Positions 9,465 to 19,813 of a stretch of 59,894 bases of DNA are shown one piece after another; position 1 is the stretch's first letter, and the number at the start of each line of letters is the position of its first letter. The position numbers and the translations under genes are program-made. This DNA comes from Methanobacteriota archaeon (GTDB lineage Archaea > Thermoplasmatota > Poseidoniia > Poseidoniales > Thalassarchaeaceae): contig WTHI01000122.1 of the NCBI GenBank assembly GCA_011523185.1, positions 39,962-99,855 of the forward strand, written 5' to 3'. The notes under the pieces were generated by a model. It was not told the origin of the DNA. It saw nothing but the letters and a program-made list of their open reading frames with translations, and searched no databases.

Positions 9465-11381
9465 ATGAGATTAACATTGACAGAAGTAAAGCAAAGGGTA
9501 TCCAAGTTAGTGCCTGAAAACATCGACTATGATGTAGATGTAGAGGCAGGTTCGATTGCGATTATTACAAAGCAGCCAGAAGCCTTCGGGGGCGCAGGTC
9601 AATCATTAACCGTGAAAATTGCAAAAAATGTCAAGCGTAGGGTAATTGTAAGACCGCATCCTGATATTCTCGCCGATGAAGATACAGTACGGCAAAAGGT
9701 AAACGAAATCATTCCACCTGAGGCTGAGGTGCGGAATGTTTGGCTCGATCCTGCATTATCCGAAGTTACTCTGGAATGTGACGATCCTGCTTCTGCTGTA
9801 GGCCCTAAGGGAATCAATATCAAAAATCTTAGAGATGAAATTGGCTGGTTAATATCGGTAGAACGCGCTCCGGCCTTTGAGAGCCGAACTCAACATGATA
9901 TCCGCAGATATCGAAAAGAATTGGCCGATGAAAGAAAATCTCTATTGAGGAAATTTGGTACTCGAATTTATCGTCCAAAAAGAGCTGGGGAACCATGGGT
10001 TAGACTGACCGCTTTAGGTTCATATCGAGAAGTTGGCCGAGCAATGCATTTAGTTACAACAAATGAATCACGAATTCTCGTTGATTGTGGTGCTAAGCCA
10101 ACGATGAATCGTAGTGAAGTTCAGCCATACTTCAATGCACCAGAATTACTTCCTTTGGATAATCTAGATGCAATCGTACTAACCCACGCTCATGTTGATC
10201 ACATAGCCATGCTTCCTGTTCTATTTCGGTATGGATATCGAGGGCCTGTATATTGCACACCCCCAACTAGAGATTTGATGACATTATTGCAGATGGATTA
10301 CATCAAAGTCTCCCAAGCAGAAGGCGCTGATCCACCTTATTCAAAGGCGGATATACAAGAATGTATCAAACACGTTGTAGACATTCGCTGGGGCGATAAG
10401 ACGGATATTGCTCCGGATGTAAAAATCACTCTCGAAAACGCAGGACATATCCTTGGTTCATCTAGTGTTTACATGCAGATTGGAGAAGGAAATTCTGAAC
10501 ATAGATTGCTCTTCTCGGGTGACATCAAATACGAAAGATCATGGTTATTTGATGCTGCAACAGTAAGGTTCCAAAAGGTCGAGACCTTAGTTATCGAATC
10601 AACATACGGCGGCGCGCAAGATTTCCAACCAAATCGAGCAGACGCTACGCAGGAATTGCAAGATTTGGTAAAATTAGCTCTCTCGAGGGGAGGTAAAATA
10701 TTCTGTCCAGTATTCGCAGTAGGACGTTCGCAAGAGGTGATGATTGCGATAGATCAATTGTTCAAATCCGGCGAGGTTAAACCGGTAACCGTTTGGTTGG
10801 ATGGAATGATTGCAGAGGCAACCGCAATTCACGCTAGCCATCCGGATTTCCTAAATCGTGATTTACGTAGTAAGGTATTGAAGGGAGGTGAAGAAAATCC
10901 ATTCAATTCAAGTTGGTTCAAGCAGGTAGATAGTAGAGAACAAAGAGAATCATTACTTTACGATCCATCTCCATGTATCGTTTTGGCGACTTCAGGAATG
11001 ATGACCGGAGGACCCATAATTGAATATTTCAAGCACTGGGCTCCTGAAACAAATAACACACTATGTTTTGTTGGATATCAAGCCTCTGGAACTCTTGGAC
11101 GCAGACTACAACAAGGCCATGCAGAGGTGCCTCTGATGGACAAGGGACAAACCCACATGGTCCCTGTTGCCTGTAATGTTGTAACAATTGATGGATTCAG
11201 TGGGCACTCTGACAGGCGACAATTAATGGATTACGTGAAAGCATTGAATCCTACGCCTAGGAAAATAATTTGCCATCATGGCGACGCTAAAACTTGTAAT
11301 GCATTCCGTCAAGGACTTAGAGACGAATTTAGAGTACAAACCTATGCTCCGGCAAACCTTGAAACTCTTAGATTGAAGTAA
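9465..11381 (+). CDS. KH-domain beta-CASP ribonuclease aCPSF1 (FttA-type)
   Basis: An N-terminal KH-like region is followed by a metallo-beta-lactamase HxHxDH motif (LTHAHVDHIAM) and a beta-CASP C-terminal region (GFSGHSDRRQL). The ~640-aa size is typical of aCPSF1. Confidence 0.9.
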   Translation: MRLTLTEVKQRVSKLVPENIDYDVDVEAGSIAIITKQPEAFGGAGQSLTVKIAKNVKRRVIVRPHPDILADEDTVRQKVNEIIPPEAEVRNVWLDPALSEVTLECDDPASAVGPKGINIKNLRDEIGWLISVERAPAFESRTQHDIRRYRKELADERKSLLRKFGTRIYRPKRAGEPWVRLTALGSYREVGRAMHLVTTNESRILVDCGAKPTMNRSEVQPYFNAPELLPLDNLDAIVLTHAHVDHIAMLPVLFRYGYRGPVYCTPPTRDLMTLLQMDYIKVSQAEGADPPYSKADIQECIKHVVDIRWGDKTDIAPDVKITLENAGHILGSSSVYMQIGEGNSEHRLLFSGDIKYERSWLFDAATVRFQKVETLVIESTYGGAQDFQPNRADATQELQDLVKLALSRGGKIFCPVFAVGRSQEVMIAIDQLFKSGEVKPVTVWLDGMIAEATAIHASHPDFLNRDLRSKVLKGGEENPFNSSWFKQVDSREQRESLLYDPSPCIVLATSGMMTGGPIIEYFKHWAPETNNTLCFVGYQASGTLGRRLQQGHAEVPLMDKGQTHMVPVACNVVTIDGFSGHSDRRQLMDYVKALNPTPRKIICHHGDAKTCNAFRQGLRDEFRVQTYAPANLETLRLK

Positions 11382-11439
11382 ATTTTGACTTTGTCAACTA
11401 TACATCAACCTCAAACATATTCGCCTTAGCCGATGAGTC

Positions 11440-12657
11440 ATGAGGGTTGCACCCTGGGCCGTTGTTTCATTGGTGCTGCTATCCTCAGCACTTGTGGGTT
11501 GTATACATACTAATGACCCCGATGAAGTAGAAATTATTGACGAACAAACTGCCAATGCGTACAGTATAGTTGCTCCAATCGATACTGGAATCAATGTATA
11601 TCACAATCATTTCGTCTTAAATGAAACTCTGCCAGAATGGATGTTGGATGGTCTAGGTGTAACTATGTGGTGTAATATCACTACGGAGGGCACATGGGAA
11701 GAACGATACGAGGCCGACAGGGAAACTTGTTGGGATGTAATAACTTCCTCGGATATAGTGTATTTTCCCGGCACCAGAATAATTGCTACAACACCAGATG
11801 ATGGGACGGACATCCCTATCCTAGACGATCCTTCTGATGGTCATGGAACCGCAGTTACTGGCGCAGTATTGGATGCTAACCCTGACGCGATAATTTTCTT
11901 TGTTGAAGGATTTAGTGACGCTGCTGTATTAGCTGCCGCCAACCAACCGTTAGTAGACATAATCACTACTTCATTCGGCCCAATTGGTTCAATTCCAGTG
12001 CCTGGAATCGAGGACTCAACAAGAGTTGCGGTTGTTGAAAATAAGAAAATTCACACAGGAGCAGCAGACAATACACCATCTCCCGCAGTGCAAGACCCTA
12101 CCGCAGGTCCTCCTTGGTCAATCGGTGTATCTGGATATGCGGAAGAGGAAGATGACCAAAAGGAAACTATGAGTGGTTCTTATCCAGATATTGCCGCTGA
12201 TTGGACTCAAATGCTACCTAATCATGACGACATTGACGGATACCATCAAACATCTGGTACATCTTTTGCTACACCTAGGACAGCAGGAATTCTTAGCATG
12301 GTATTGACTATGTTACGAGAAGAGTCAGGAGACCTAATGAGTGGCGCTTCAGAAGAAAGGAGTGGTTTACTTGTTAACGGCACAAATCTTTCCATCTCCA
12401 ATGACGATATCCGTGATGCACTAAATTTGTCCGCGTGGTATCCTAGTGCATCAACATGGGATCCAACTTCGGGCACATTGCCAATTTCACCTGTTGCTCC
12501 TTGTACACAAGTGGGATGGGGTGTTGTCAATTTGTCCAACATTCAACCATTGTACAATCACCTAGCAGAAATTGATTCAATGCCACAGCGGCCCGCAGAT
12601 GTTGTGGCATGCATGGAAGCCAATCAAGCCATGCGAGAAGCATATTGGGGCAATTGA
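11440..12657 (+). CDS. subtilisin-like serine protease (peptidase S8), probable lipoprotein
   Basis: The catalytic triad contexts DTGINVYH (Asp), DGHGTAVTG (His) and SGTSFATP (Ser) are present. The N-terminal signal carries a lipobox-like LVGC. Confidence 0.8.
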   Translation: MRVAPWAVVSLVLLSSALVGCIHTNDPDEVEIIDEQTANAYSIVAPIDTGINVYHNHFVLNETLPEWMLDGLGVTMWCNITTEGTWEERYEADRETCWDVITSSDIVYFPGTRIIATTPDDGTDIPILDDPSDGHGTAVTGAVLDANPDAIIFFVEGFSDAAVLAAANQPLVDIITTSFGPIGSIPVPGIEDSTRVAVVENKKIHTGAADNTPSPAVQDPTAGPPWSIGVSGYAEEEDDQKETMSGSYPDIAADWTQMLPNHDDIDGYHQTSGTSFATPRTAGILSMVLTMLREESGDLMSGASEERSGLLVNGTNLSISNDDIRDALNLSAWYPSASTWDPTSGTLPISPVAPCTQVGWGVVNLSNIQPLYNHLAEIDSMPQRPADVVACMEANQAMREAYWGN

Positions 12658-12667
12658 CCGATTTCCC

Positions 12668-12946
12668 TTACATTACAGGGATATCAAATCCATCCTCTTC
12701 CGGATTTGGAACTTCTTTGGTTGAAGTAATCTCTACAATTTCTTCCTCTAATATTGTTGTAGGGTGATTAGTATCTCTTTCCCACCATTTACTTCGATTA
12801 AGTGCGAATGCAAGGGCCGCGGGAGAAAGAAGCAACGAAATCCATGCCTCGATAGTTATCGAGCCGGATTCGAAAAATGAGTAAATCGAAAATACGATTA
12901 GAATAAGAAATGCGAACCAACCGATGACAATTCGAGCGTTTTGCAC
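12668..12946 (-). CDS. small hypothetical membrane protein
   Basis: The product has two hydrophobic segments and an acidic C-terminus, with no recognisable motif. Confidence 0.3.
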   Translation of the reverse strand: MQNARIVIGWFAFLILIVFSIYSFFESGSITIEAWISLLLSPAALAFALNRSKWWERDTNHPTTILEEEIVEITSTKEVPNPEEDGFDIPVM

Positions 12947-13064
12947 GTTAAGCCCCAGTGGTTCTGCATCATTAGGAATACCCTTGATTTCGTCAATTAG
13001 AATCCTAATTCACCATCTATAGCCCTAAGACAATATATTGAACCATGACTTTTCAGCATAGGCT

Positions 13065-13502
13065 ATGGCGAGTAATTGGCTACTACTTCGTTGTAAATGT
13101 GGTCAATCATTTGGGGCTAGACAAGGAACTCAAGCATCCTGCAGTAGATGTGGCGAATCTAGCCAAATCACAACAACTGCGGTTTTCACAGATCCTACTC
13201 AATTAACCGAAGCGGTCGCAAACGCCAACCTACCTTCAGAAATCAGTCAAGAGATACAGGACAAATTAACCGAAAAAAAACGTAAACAATTGAAGACCAG
13301 GGACAGGGCAAATGCTGGAATGATTCTCAGAATAATGAAACAATCTACAGATGAAAGAGGTGTGTTAACTCTGAAATCATTGCAAGTAAGTCTAGAAACA
13401 GAAGGAGTTACAGAACCCTCTCCTGAACAAATTATTGGTATGGCGGAATTACAGGGAGTTGTCCAAAGAACTGATCAAGATGAGTGGAAATGGTTAGCGT
13501 GA
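13065..13502 (+). CDS. zinc-ribbon protein, hypothetical
   Basis: An N-terminal CKCG...(14 aa)...CSRCG four-Cys ribbon is followed by a helical C-terminal domain. Confidence 0.45.
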   Translation: MASNWLLLRCKCGQSFGARQGTQASCSRCGESSQITTTAVFTDPTQLTEAVANANLPSEISQEIQDKLTEKKRKQLKTRDRANAGMILRIMKQSTDERGVLTLKSLQVSLETEGVTEPSPEQIIGMAELQGVVQRTDQDEWKWLA

Positions 13503-13539
13503 ACTCCATAAAGTCGACTTAGGTGGACATATTACTCAC

Positions 13540-13617
13540 GGGCCTGTGGGTTAGTCTGGCCTATGCTAGATGGTTTGGGACCATTTGACCCTGGTTCAAA
13601 TCCAGGCAGGCCCACCA
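13540..13617 (+). tRNA. tRNA-Pro (anticodon UGG), with encoded CCA
   Basis: Acceptor stem GGGCCTG/CAGGCCC is perfect over 7 bp. T arm is CCTGG-TTCAAAT-CCAGG. The anticodon arm is GATGG-TTTGGGA-CCATT with U33, TGG and G37. Discriminator A is followed by CCA. The D stem is weak or imperfect by eye. Confidence 0.85.
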
Positions 13618-13650
13618 CTTCTTCTCTAATCTGCGAAAGCAGTAAAAATA

Positions 13651-14448
13651 TCAAATGAATTTCTCTATGGCTTCAATATCAAAAAGGGAAACGGCTACGG
13701 ACAATGCTTCCTGTTTATCAAACCATTTTGCTTCTTCAATTTCATCATCTTTTGGTACTATTTCCTCAGCAGGAATATCCGCTTCACATTTGTAGGTAAA
13801 TGAAAGCCAACAGATACCATCAGGAGTGAAAATCTCCTGTCTGACAATTGACTCAGAGTTTTCGCCATACCCCTCACTCGATTCTCCAATAGGGTCTGGA
13901 ATGCGAATGTTGATTCCCAGTTCTTCCAATGCTTCGCGTTCGGCTCCCACTCTAGGATGCTCGCCGTAGTCAACAAAACCACCCGGTAAGGTCCAACAGC
14001 CTGTGAAAAATCCTCGAGTCACTTTTGCCATAAGTATCTGATTAGATGGATTAGTAATTACAACTTTGCTAACTACTCTATGGAGTGTCCGATATACAGA
14101 TTCTCTAGCCACAGGGTCAACCTCACTGTCGCTAATCACAGCATCTTTCCAAGCCCACTCACCAGGCCAAGTAATTTCAGGAGTAGCGACAATAACCTCA
14201 TGCATCTCTTGTCCTAATCTAAATCGATTAGTTCGCTTAGTATTCCAGGTCAAACCCATTCCTCTTGCTTCTTCAGGAGTTGGCAGGCGAATCGAGAATC
14301 CGCCTTCTCCTTGTCTTCCCATTTGAGGTATTGCGGGCCCATTTCCTTGTAGATCTACTAGGAGTAATTTACCATCGTGTTCAAGATGGATATGACGACG
14401 AGGCTCGTTCATCTTTGCTGGCGAGACTAATTTAGAAAATGAACTCAA
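13651..14448 (-). CDS. NUDIX hydrolase with N-terminal extension
   Basis: The Nudix box GGFVDYGEHPRVGAEREALEELGI (GX5EX7REUXEEXGU) lies in the C-terminal half. Confidence 0.75.
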   Translation of the reverse strand: MSSFSKLVSPAKMNEPRRHIHLEHDGKLLLVDLQGNGPAIPQMGRQGEGGFSIRLPTPEEARGMGLTWNTKRTNRFRLGQEMHEVIVATPEITWPGEWAWKDAVISDSEVDPVARESVYRTLHRVVSKVVITNPSNQILMAKVTRGFFTGCWTLPGGFVDYGEHPRVGAEREALEELGINIRIPDPIGESSEGYGENSESIVRQEIFTPDGICWLSFTYKCEADIPAEEIVPKDDEIEEAKWFDKQEALSVAVSLFDIEAIEKFI

Positions 14449-14502
14449 CGGCTAATCATTCGGTCTCTGCAATGATTTAGTAGGATATTTGACAATCGTT
14501 GA

Positions 14503-15498
14503 TTACAACAACTCACTTACCGCATCTCGTTCCTCGAGTAGGGCTTTGACATTTTCATCTATCTTGGTTTGGGCGAATCCATCAATAGGTAAATCTTCAA
14601 CCACGATAATTTCTCCACCTTCGCACCGGCAAGGGAAACTAAACACTAACCCTTCTGGAACTCCGTACCATCCTTCTGATGGTAGTGCCATTGATACAAT
14701 CCGGCCATTGGAACCTTGCCACCAGTCTCTCATGTGGTCTACCGCAGCGGAAGCTGCTGATGCGGCAGAAGAAGCACCACGTGCTACGATAATCGCCTTT
14801 CCACGGGTCGCTACAGTATCTAGGAAGGCGCCTTGTAACCATTCATTATCAAATACATCGGTAACGGACTCATTGCCTACCCTTGCAAACCTTGGATCAG
14901 GATACATAGTGTTAGAGTGATTACCCCAAATGAATACATCTTCTACCTTCGATGCTGGAACGCCAGCCTGTTCTGCGATTTGCCCAACCGCTCGATTTTG
15001 GTCTAGCCTAGTCATGGCGGTGAATTGTCTACTGGGAATACTTGCAGCGTTTGCCGATGCAATTAGTGCATTCGTATTGCATGGATTACCTACGGTGATG
15101 ACTTTGACATTAGGTGATGCAGCAGCATCTATTGCTTTTCCTTGGCCCACGAAAATGGGCCCATTAGCAGCGACGAGATCTGCACGATCCATATCCTTGG
15201 TCCGTGGACGAGAACCAACTAGGAAAATTGCATCTGCATCGCTAAACGCAACCTCTGGGTCGTCGGTGCCGATAATGTCGTGTACCAATGGGAAAGCAGA
15301 ATCTCTTAGTTCCATGATTACTCCATCAAGGCGTTGCATTCCTGGTGGGATTTCTAACAACTGTAATATTACGGGTTGATTATTTCCAAAGCAATCACCA
15401 CTAGCAATTCTCCACAATAAAGCATAGCCGATGTTACCAGCGGCTCCAGTGATGGCGACCCGTATTGCATTTTTTGTTCCCTCTTCTGCAGTTTGCAT
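14503..15498 (-). CDS. mdh: malate dehydrogenase (NAD, cytosolic/Thermus-like type)
   Basis: [23 protein letters not shown]...[11 protein letters not shown]...[13 protein letters not shown]...[11 protein letters not shown] is a close match to the type-2 MDH signature. Confidence 0.9.
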   Translation of the reverse strand: MQTAEEGTKNAIRVAITGAAGNIGYALLWRIASGDCFGNNQPVILQLLEIPPGMQRLDGVIMELRDSAFPLVHDIIGTDDPEVAFSDADAIFLVGSRPRTKDMDRADLVAANGPIFVGQGKAIDAAASPNVKVITVGNPCNTNALIASANAASIPSRQFTAMTRLDQNRAVGQIAEQAGVPASKVEDVFIWGNHSNTMYPDPRFARVGNESVTDVFDNEWLQGAFLDTVATRGKAIIVARGASSAASAASAAVDHMRDWWQGSNGRIVSMALPSEGWYGVPEGLVFSFPCRCEGGEIIVVEDLPIDGFAQTKIDENVKALLEERDAVSELL

Positions 15499-15841
15499 TT
15501 GTTCGCCTCTGTAGTTGCGATAGGAATTACACCCTTAGCCTTTGGTGAGTGTTAGGTTCGTCGTGAGTCGCCAAATGACATACTATTCATCGACTTAGAT
15601 AGGTCCGTGAAGAAAGGCAATCGGCCATTATTCTGGCTGGGCCGTCATTCCCCTTTTGTCTCCTGGAAATATCATGCTTTTGCCGAATGGGTGGTCTTCG
15701 AAATTGGGTATATATTTCTATTCTAATTTCCATATGTTAATTCTCAATGAGGCGACTATTCCGTTTGATTCAATAATCTAATTCCGCTCGCAATGCATAC
15801 CTGACATGAGCCTATGGCTCATTAGGAACCGAGGGACTTGT

Positions 15842-17002
15842 ATGAGACTAGGTGTGTTGAAGGAACCTGAAGGCGAAACAAGGGTTGCAATCGTGCCGAA
15901 ATCGCTCCGTAAATTAAGCAAGTCTGGGTTTGAAGTAATGGTGGAATCTAATGCTGGCATTGCCGCAAATCATTATGATTCCGAATACGAAGAAAACGGA
16001 GCAATTATCTCAAACAGATTAGAGGTCCTAACATCTCCACTAATTATTTCCGTTCACTTACCGGATGTCTCTGAACTTCATGCGGGTCAGGTCATCGCTT
16101 GCGTGGCCGACCCGTTCCGTCATCCTGAAAAAGTTCAGGCTTGTTTGGATGCAGGCATCACTCTTCTGTCGATGGATATGATCCCTCGAAGGTTGTCAAG
16201 AGCACAATCTATGGATGTTAATTCAAGTCAAGACAATCTAGCAGGATACAAAGCGGTACTCTTGGGCGCCGCCTCAGTACCAAAGGGAATCCCGATGATG
16301 ACCACTTCTGCAGGAACGGTGAGGCCAGCGAAAGTTGTGATTATGGGTAGTGGCGTTGCTGGTTTACAGGCCATTGCAACCGCAAAGAGACTTGGCGCAA
16401 TTGTCTATGCTTCCGACGTGAGGAAGTCAGCCGCTGAACAGATAGAGTCTGTTGGGGGGAGATTCATTGAGGTTGATGGTATGGATGATTTCGAAGATGA
16501 AGCTGGTTATGCAAAACCACTCACTCCGGAGTTCATTCAGAAAGTCAATGACACAGTTTGCGGAGTCGCTTCCGATGCCGACATCATTGTAACCACTGCC
16601 AGAATTTTTGGAAGGCCAGCACCTATCACAGTACCAAGTAGTGCTGTTGAATCATTCAAGTCTGGTGCTGTTATTGTTGACATGAATGCTGATGTCGGAG
16701 GGAATTGTGAAGATACAGTTGCGGGTGAAACAGTTGTTACAGAAAACGGCGTGACAATAATTGGAGTGAAAAATCTCCCAGGCACGTTGGCAAACACAGC
16801 CTCAATGTTGTATTCAAACAACCTCACCACTTTCATCACATCGATATTTATTGATGGCGAGTTAGTAATTTCAGATGAAGACGATGTATTAGTAGGCGCT
16901 CCTGAAGGAGATGATTTCTACGTCCCAGGAATGGGGGGAGTTTTGATATGTTCAGATGGAAAAATACATCCTAAACAGAGCAAACTAGGAGGTGTGTTGT
17001 AA
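15842..17002 (+). CDS. pntA: NAD(P) transhydrogenase subunit alpha part 1
   Basis: An AlaDH/PNT N-terminal domain (MRLGVLKEPEGETRVAIVP) and the Rossmann motif VIMGSGVAGLQA are present. The start was set at an internal ATG with an upstream GAGGGA. Confidence 0.9.
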   Translation: MRLGVLKEPEGETRVAIVPKSLRKLSKSGFEVMVESNAGIAANHYDSEYEENGAIISNRLEVLTSPLIISVHLPDVSELHAGQVIACVADPFRHPEKVQACLDAGITLLSMDMIPRRLSRAQSMDVNSSQDNLAGYKAVLLGAASVPKGIPMMTTSAGTVRPAKVVIMGSGVAGLQAIATAKRLGAIVYASDVRKSAAEQIESVGGRFIEVDGMDDFEDEAGYAKPLTPEFIQKVNDTVCGVASDADIIVTTARIFGRPAPITVPSSAVESFKSGAVIVDMNADVGGNCEDTVAGETVVTENGVTIIGVKNLPGTLANTASMLYSNNLTTFITSIFIDGELVISDEDDVLVGAPEGDDFYVPGMGGVLICSDGKIHPKQSKLGGVL

Positions 17003-17313
17003 TGGAGCCTACGGTTTTAATTGGTTCAGTAACGCTTTTTGTAATGTCTATTTTCTTGGGATTCGAACTTATCACCAAAGTCCCCGCCACTCTTCACACT
17101 CCACTAATGAGTGGAGCCAATGCTATTTCTGGAATCAGTATAGTTGGTGCTCTGTTAGGGGCGAATGTCGCCTACGAAGGTGGCGACACAGTAGTCAGTG
17201 GAATCCTTGCCTTCGTAGCATTAGTACTCGCGATGATCAACGTAGTTGGAGGATTCGCAGTAACTAATCGAATGTTGAATATGATAGCTGGAAAGAAAAG
17301 GGGTGGTCAATGA
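17002..17313 (+). CDS. pntA: NAD(P) transhydrogenase subunit alpha part 2 (membrane)
   Basis: The product is about 100 aa with 3 TM segments, TPLMSGANAISGI and GGFAVTNRML motifs. It joins pntAA through a TAATG overlap. Confidence 0.85.
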   Translation: MEPTVLIGSVTLFVMSIFLGFELITKVPATLHTPLMSGANAISGISIVGALLGANVAYEGGDTVVSGILAFVALVLAMINVVGGFAVTNRMLNMIAGKKRGGQ

Positions 17314-18740
17314 TGATCGATGATCAATGGGTTGGCCTTGGATATCTCCTTTCGGCGACTCTATTCATCTTCGGCTTGAAGAGATTATCCCACCCTAGAA
17401 CAGCTCCTCGTGGAAATCAACTAGGCGCAATGGGGATGCTTGTAGCAGTTCTCACAACAGTACTACAAATGGAACTAGGCGATGGTATTGAAGGTTGGAT
17501 TTTGATTGGAAGCGGATTGCTTCTAGGCGGTTTAATCGGTTGGGTTATGGCTGTCCGCGTCGAAATGACCGGGATGCCTGAAATGGTCGCTTTGTTCAAT
17601 GGATTCGGTGGTGCAGCATCAGCTTTGGTGGCTCTGTCAGAATCCTGGAAATACATCGAGGATGATACACTAGAAATCCCTACAGGTTTAGAACTAGAAG
17701 TCATGGTAGTCGCAGCCGGACTCTCAGCATTAGTTGGTTGGATGACGCTAACAGGTTCTTTACTCGCTATGCTAAAACTCAAGGGCGGTGTCGAAATTTT
17801 CGGCAAATGGATTCGCACCCCTACCTGGGGTCCATCTTGGTTAAATCCAGTCAAGGGTTTGTTATTCCTCAGCACATTAGTTCTAATCTATATGTCAATC
17901 CAAGAACCTACTGAGACCGATTACCTATTTGCGATAATTGGAATTTCATGTCTACTTGGTATATTGTTGGTATTGCCTATCGGTGGTGCGGATATGCCGG
18001 TCGTCGTATCCTTGCTTAATTCCCTATCTGGTATTGCCGCGGCATTTACCGGGTTCATTATCTCAAACAGTGTTTTGATAGTCGCTGGTTCATTAGTTGG
18101 TGCCAGTGGTTTGATTCTAACATTCATTATGTGTAAAGCCATGAACAGAGAACTAATTGATGTTCTTTTCAAGGCGTTTGGCGGCTCTGATAAAGAACAG
18201 TTAACTCGCACAAAGGTCGGTAGCGATGCAGACGAAGTTGCGATGATGGTTGACGGTGCTCAGAAGGTAATCATAGTACCTGGATATGGTATGGCTGTAA
18301 GCCAATGTCAACACCAAGTCAAGGAATTTGCAGACTTAGTATCAGAGAAATTTGACACCGAGGTGAAGTATGCTATCCATCCAGTTGCAGGAAGAATGCC
18401 TGGCCACATGAATGTCCTACTGGCTGAGGCGAATGTCCCATACGATCAATTAATCGAAATGGATGAAATTAATCCGGAGATGCCAGAGGCAGATATAGCC
18501 CTAATTATCGGAGCAAATGATACCTGTAACCCTGCTGCTAGAACAAAAGAAGGTCCTCTCGCTGGAATGCCAATCATCGACGCAGACATGGCCCGAACAG
18601 TTGTAATCATCAAGAGAAGTTTGTCGGTTGGCTATGCCGGAGTAGACAATGATTTATTTTACATGGACAAGACCATGATGCTATTCGGTGATGGAAAGAA
18701 GATGATGAATGAACTCAATGCCGCAGTGAAGGAGTTGTAG
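17310..18740 (+). CDS. pntB: NAD(P) transhydrogenase subunit beta
   Basis: A multi-TM N-terminal half is followed by a C-terminal dIII domain with GYGMAVSQCQH and HPVAGRMPGHMNVLLAEANVPYD. It joins pntAB through an ATGA overlap. Confidence 0.9.
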   Translation: MMIDDQWVGLGYLLSATLFIFGLKRLSHPRTAPRGNQLGAMGMLVAVLTTVLQMELGDGIEGWILIGSGLLLGGLIGWVMAVRVEMTGMPEMVALFNGFGGAASALVALSESWKYIEDDTLEIPTGLELEVMVVAAGLSALVGWMTLTGSLLAMLKLKGGVEIFGKWIRTPTWGPSWLNPVKGLLFLSTLVLIYMSIQEPTETDYLFAIIGISCLLGILLVLPIGGADMPVVVSLLNSLSGIAAAFTGFIISNSVLIVAGSLVGASGLILTFIMCKAMNRELIDVLFKAFGGSDKEQLTRTKVGSDADEVAMMVDGAQKVIIVPGYGMAVSQCQHQVKEFADLVSEKFDTEVKYAIHPVAGRMPGHMNVLLAEANVPYDQLIEMDEINPEMPEADIALIIGANDTCNPAARTKEGPLAGMPIIDADMARTVVIIKRSLSVGYAGVDNDLFYMDKTMMLFGDGKKMMNELNAAVKEL

Positions 18741-18747
18741 ATTACAC

Positions 18748-18766
18748 CGCCTCCCTAGGGGAGGCG
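18748..18766 (+). terminator. GC-rich hairpin immediately after pntB
   Basis: CGCCTCCC-TAG-GGGAGGCG forms a perfect 8-bp stem 8 nt after the pntB stop. No T run follows, so it may act as a stabiliser or insulator rather than a terminator. Confidence 0.35.
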
Positions 18767-18816
18767 AACGAGCAAGGGTTATGTGTTTAACGAGGTCGCA
18801 ACGATAACAGGAGGTC

Positions 18817-19812
18817 TTGATGATGGTGCGTTCAACAAAGCTCGTTGTTGCTTTATGCCTAGTAGGATTACTAGCAATCCCAGCATTCGCCAACAGCGGT
18901 GGTCCACCGTATCTTAATTCAGATAATCAAGAGACTGCCAAATACGGGTGTACTTGTCATTATTCCAGTCCGGGTGACAGAGCCGTTGTTATGGTCTCAG
19001 GAGTCCCAGTTATGTACGAATCAGATCAGTCGTACGAGTTTGTAATCACTGTGGCTGATTCCGTAACTCTGGCTGGAGCGGATGGTAACACCAAAGCTGG
19101 ATTCCTCCTAACAGATAATGGCGCTGGGACTTTCTCTTGGGATGATTCACAAGAGATTAGAGAAGCTGATGGAGACGAAAATGCAATTTCACATTCAGAA
19201 ACTGGTGATGGAGTTTGGACCATCACTTGGACAGCACCATCATCTGATTCAGATACAATACTCTTCAGTATAGCCGGTAATTCAGTTAATGGAGACGGGA
19301 TTCCAAATGAGTATGATTACTGGAATGTTCTGACTTTTTCCATTAATCCACCAGGTTCTATCGCTGTGGGAGATGGTGATGCAACCTTGCAAACTCGAAC
19401 AATTGCCGTTGGTGATTACCAAACACTCTTCGTCCTTGAAGAAAGTGAGGCTGAAAAAGAAAAAGAACGACAAAAGCACCTTTCCGATAGAGTCTTTGAA
19501 AGTGGTAACCTGTTTTACTGGACTTCCCTTACCGCCCTAATCGTAGGTGCCGTTTTCCAACGGGAACTCCTCGAAAGACGCCATGGCCCAGGTCCAGAAT
19601 ACTTAGCCATGGAATTGGCCTATCCACAAGGTGTCAGGCGTGGACTAGTTGCAGTCGTTGCATTCTTCTTTGCAGTCGACTGGTCTGCCAACGGCGGTCA
19701 ACATGACTTCATTATTGGATGTGCTTGGTTCATAGCCGCTTGGGCCTCGTATGGGGTGTATCGAACTGTACGTTCGGCTAAAGCAGAGCCAACCGTCCAC
19801 GACGTGATGTGA
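18817..19812 (+). CDS. exported protein with a beta-rich (reeler/DOMON-like?) domain, CxCH motif and three C-terminal TM segments
   Basis: The signal peptide is MMMVRSTKLVVALCLVGLLAIPAFA. The pattern GCTCHY ... AGFLLTD..GTFSW ... ISHSE..GVWTITWTAP ... FSIAGNSV..DG...DYW resembles reeler/DOMON-type beta sandwiches by eye. A charged linker and C-terminal hydrophobic helices follow. Confidence 0.45.
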   Translation: MMMVRSTKLVVALCLVGLLAIPAFANSGGPPYLNSDNQETAKYGCTCHYSSPGDRAVVMVSGVPVMYESDQSYEFVITVADSVTLAGADGNTKAGFLLTDNGAGTFSWDDSQEIREADGDENAISHSETGDGVWTITWTAPSSDSDTILFSIAGNSVNGDGIPNEYDYWNVLTFSINPPGSIAVGDGDATLQTRTIAVGDYQTLFVLEESEAEKEKERQKHLSDRVFESGNLFYWTSLTALIVGAVFQRELLERRHGPGPEYLAMELAYPQGVRRGLVAVVAFFFAVDWSANGGQHDFIIGCAWFIAAWASYGVYRTVRSAKAEPTVHDVM

Positions 19813-19813
19813 A

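Noticed and set aside
13503-13650. tRNA-Pro as a possible integration site for a mobile element
   Set aside because: No integrase, no direct repeat of the tRNA 3' end, and no compositional break were seen in the flanking genes (zinc-ribbon protein, NUDIX, mdh).
14489-15379. ORFs 14489..14920 and 14930..15379 on the plus strand
   Set aside because: They are antisense to the very well supported mdh gene. Their products are low-complexity and Ser/Ala/Thr-rich, typical of shadow ORFs.
16992-17267. 91-aa plus-strand ORF overlapping pntAB in another frame
   Set aside because: The PntAB frame (17002..17313) has the conserved transhydrogenase motifs. The alternative frame has a Cys/Trp/Arg-rich nonsense composition.
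17417-18211. Minus-strand ORFs 17417..17875 and 17921..18211
   Set aside because: They are antisense shadow ORFs inside pntB.
18949-18963. GCTCH read as a c-type heme-binding site
   Set aside because: The motif is CxCH, not CxxCH, so covalent heme attachment cannot be claimed from sequence. It is kept only as a feature of the unknown domain.
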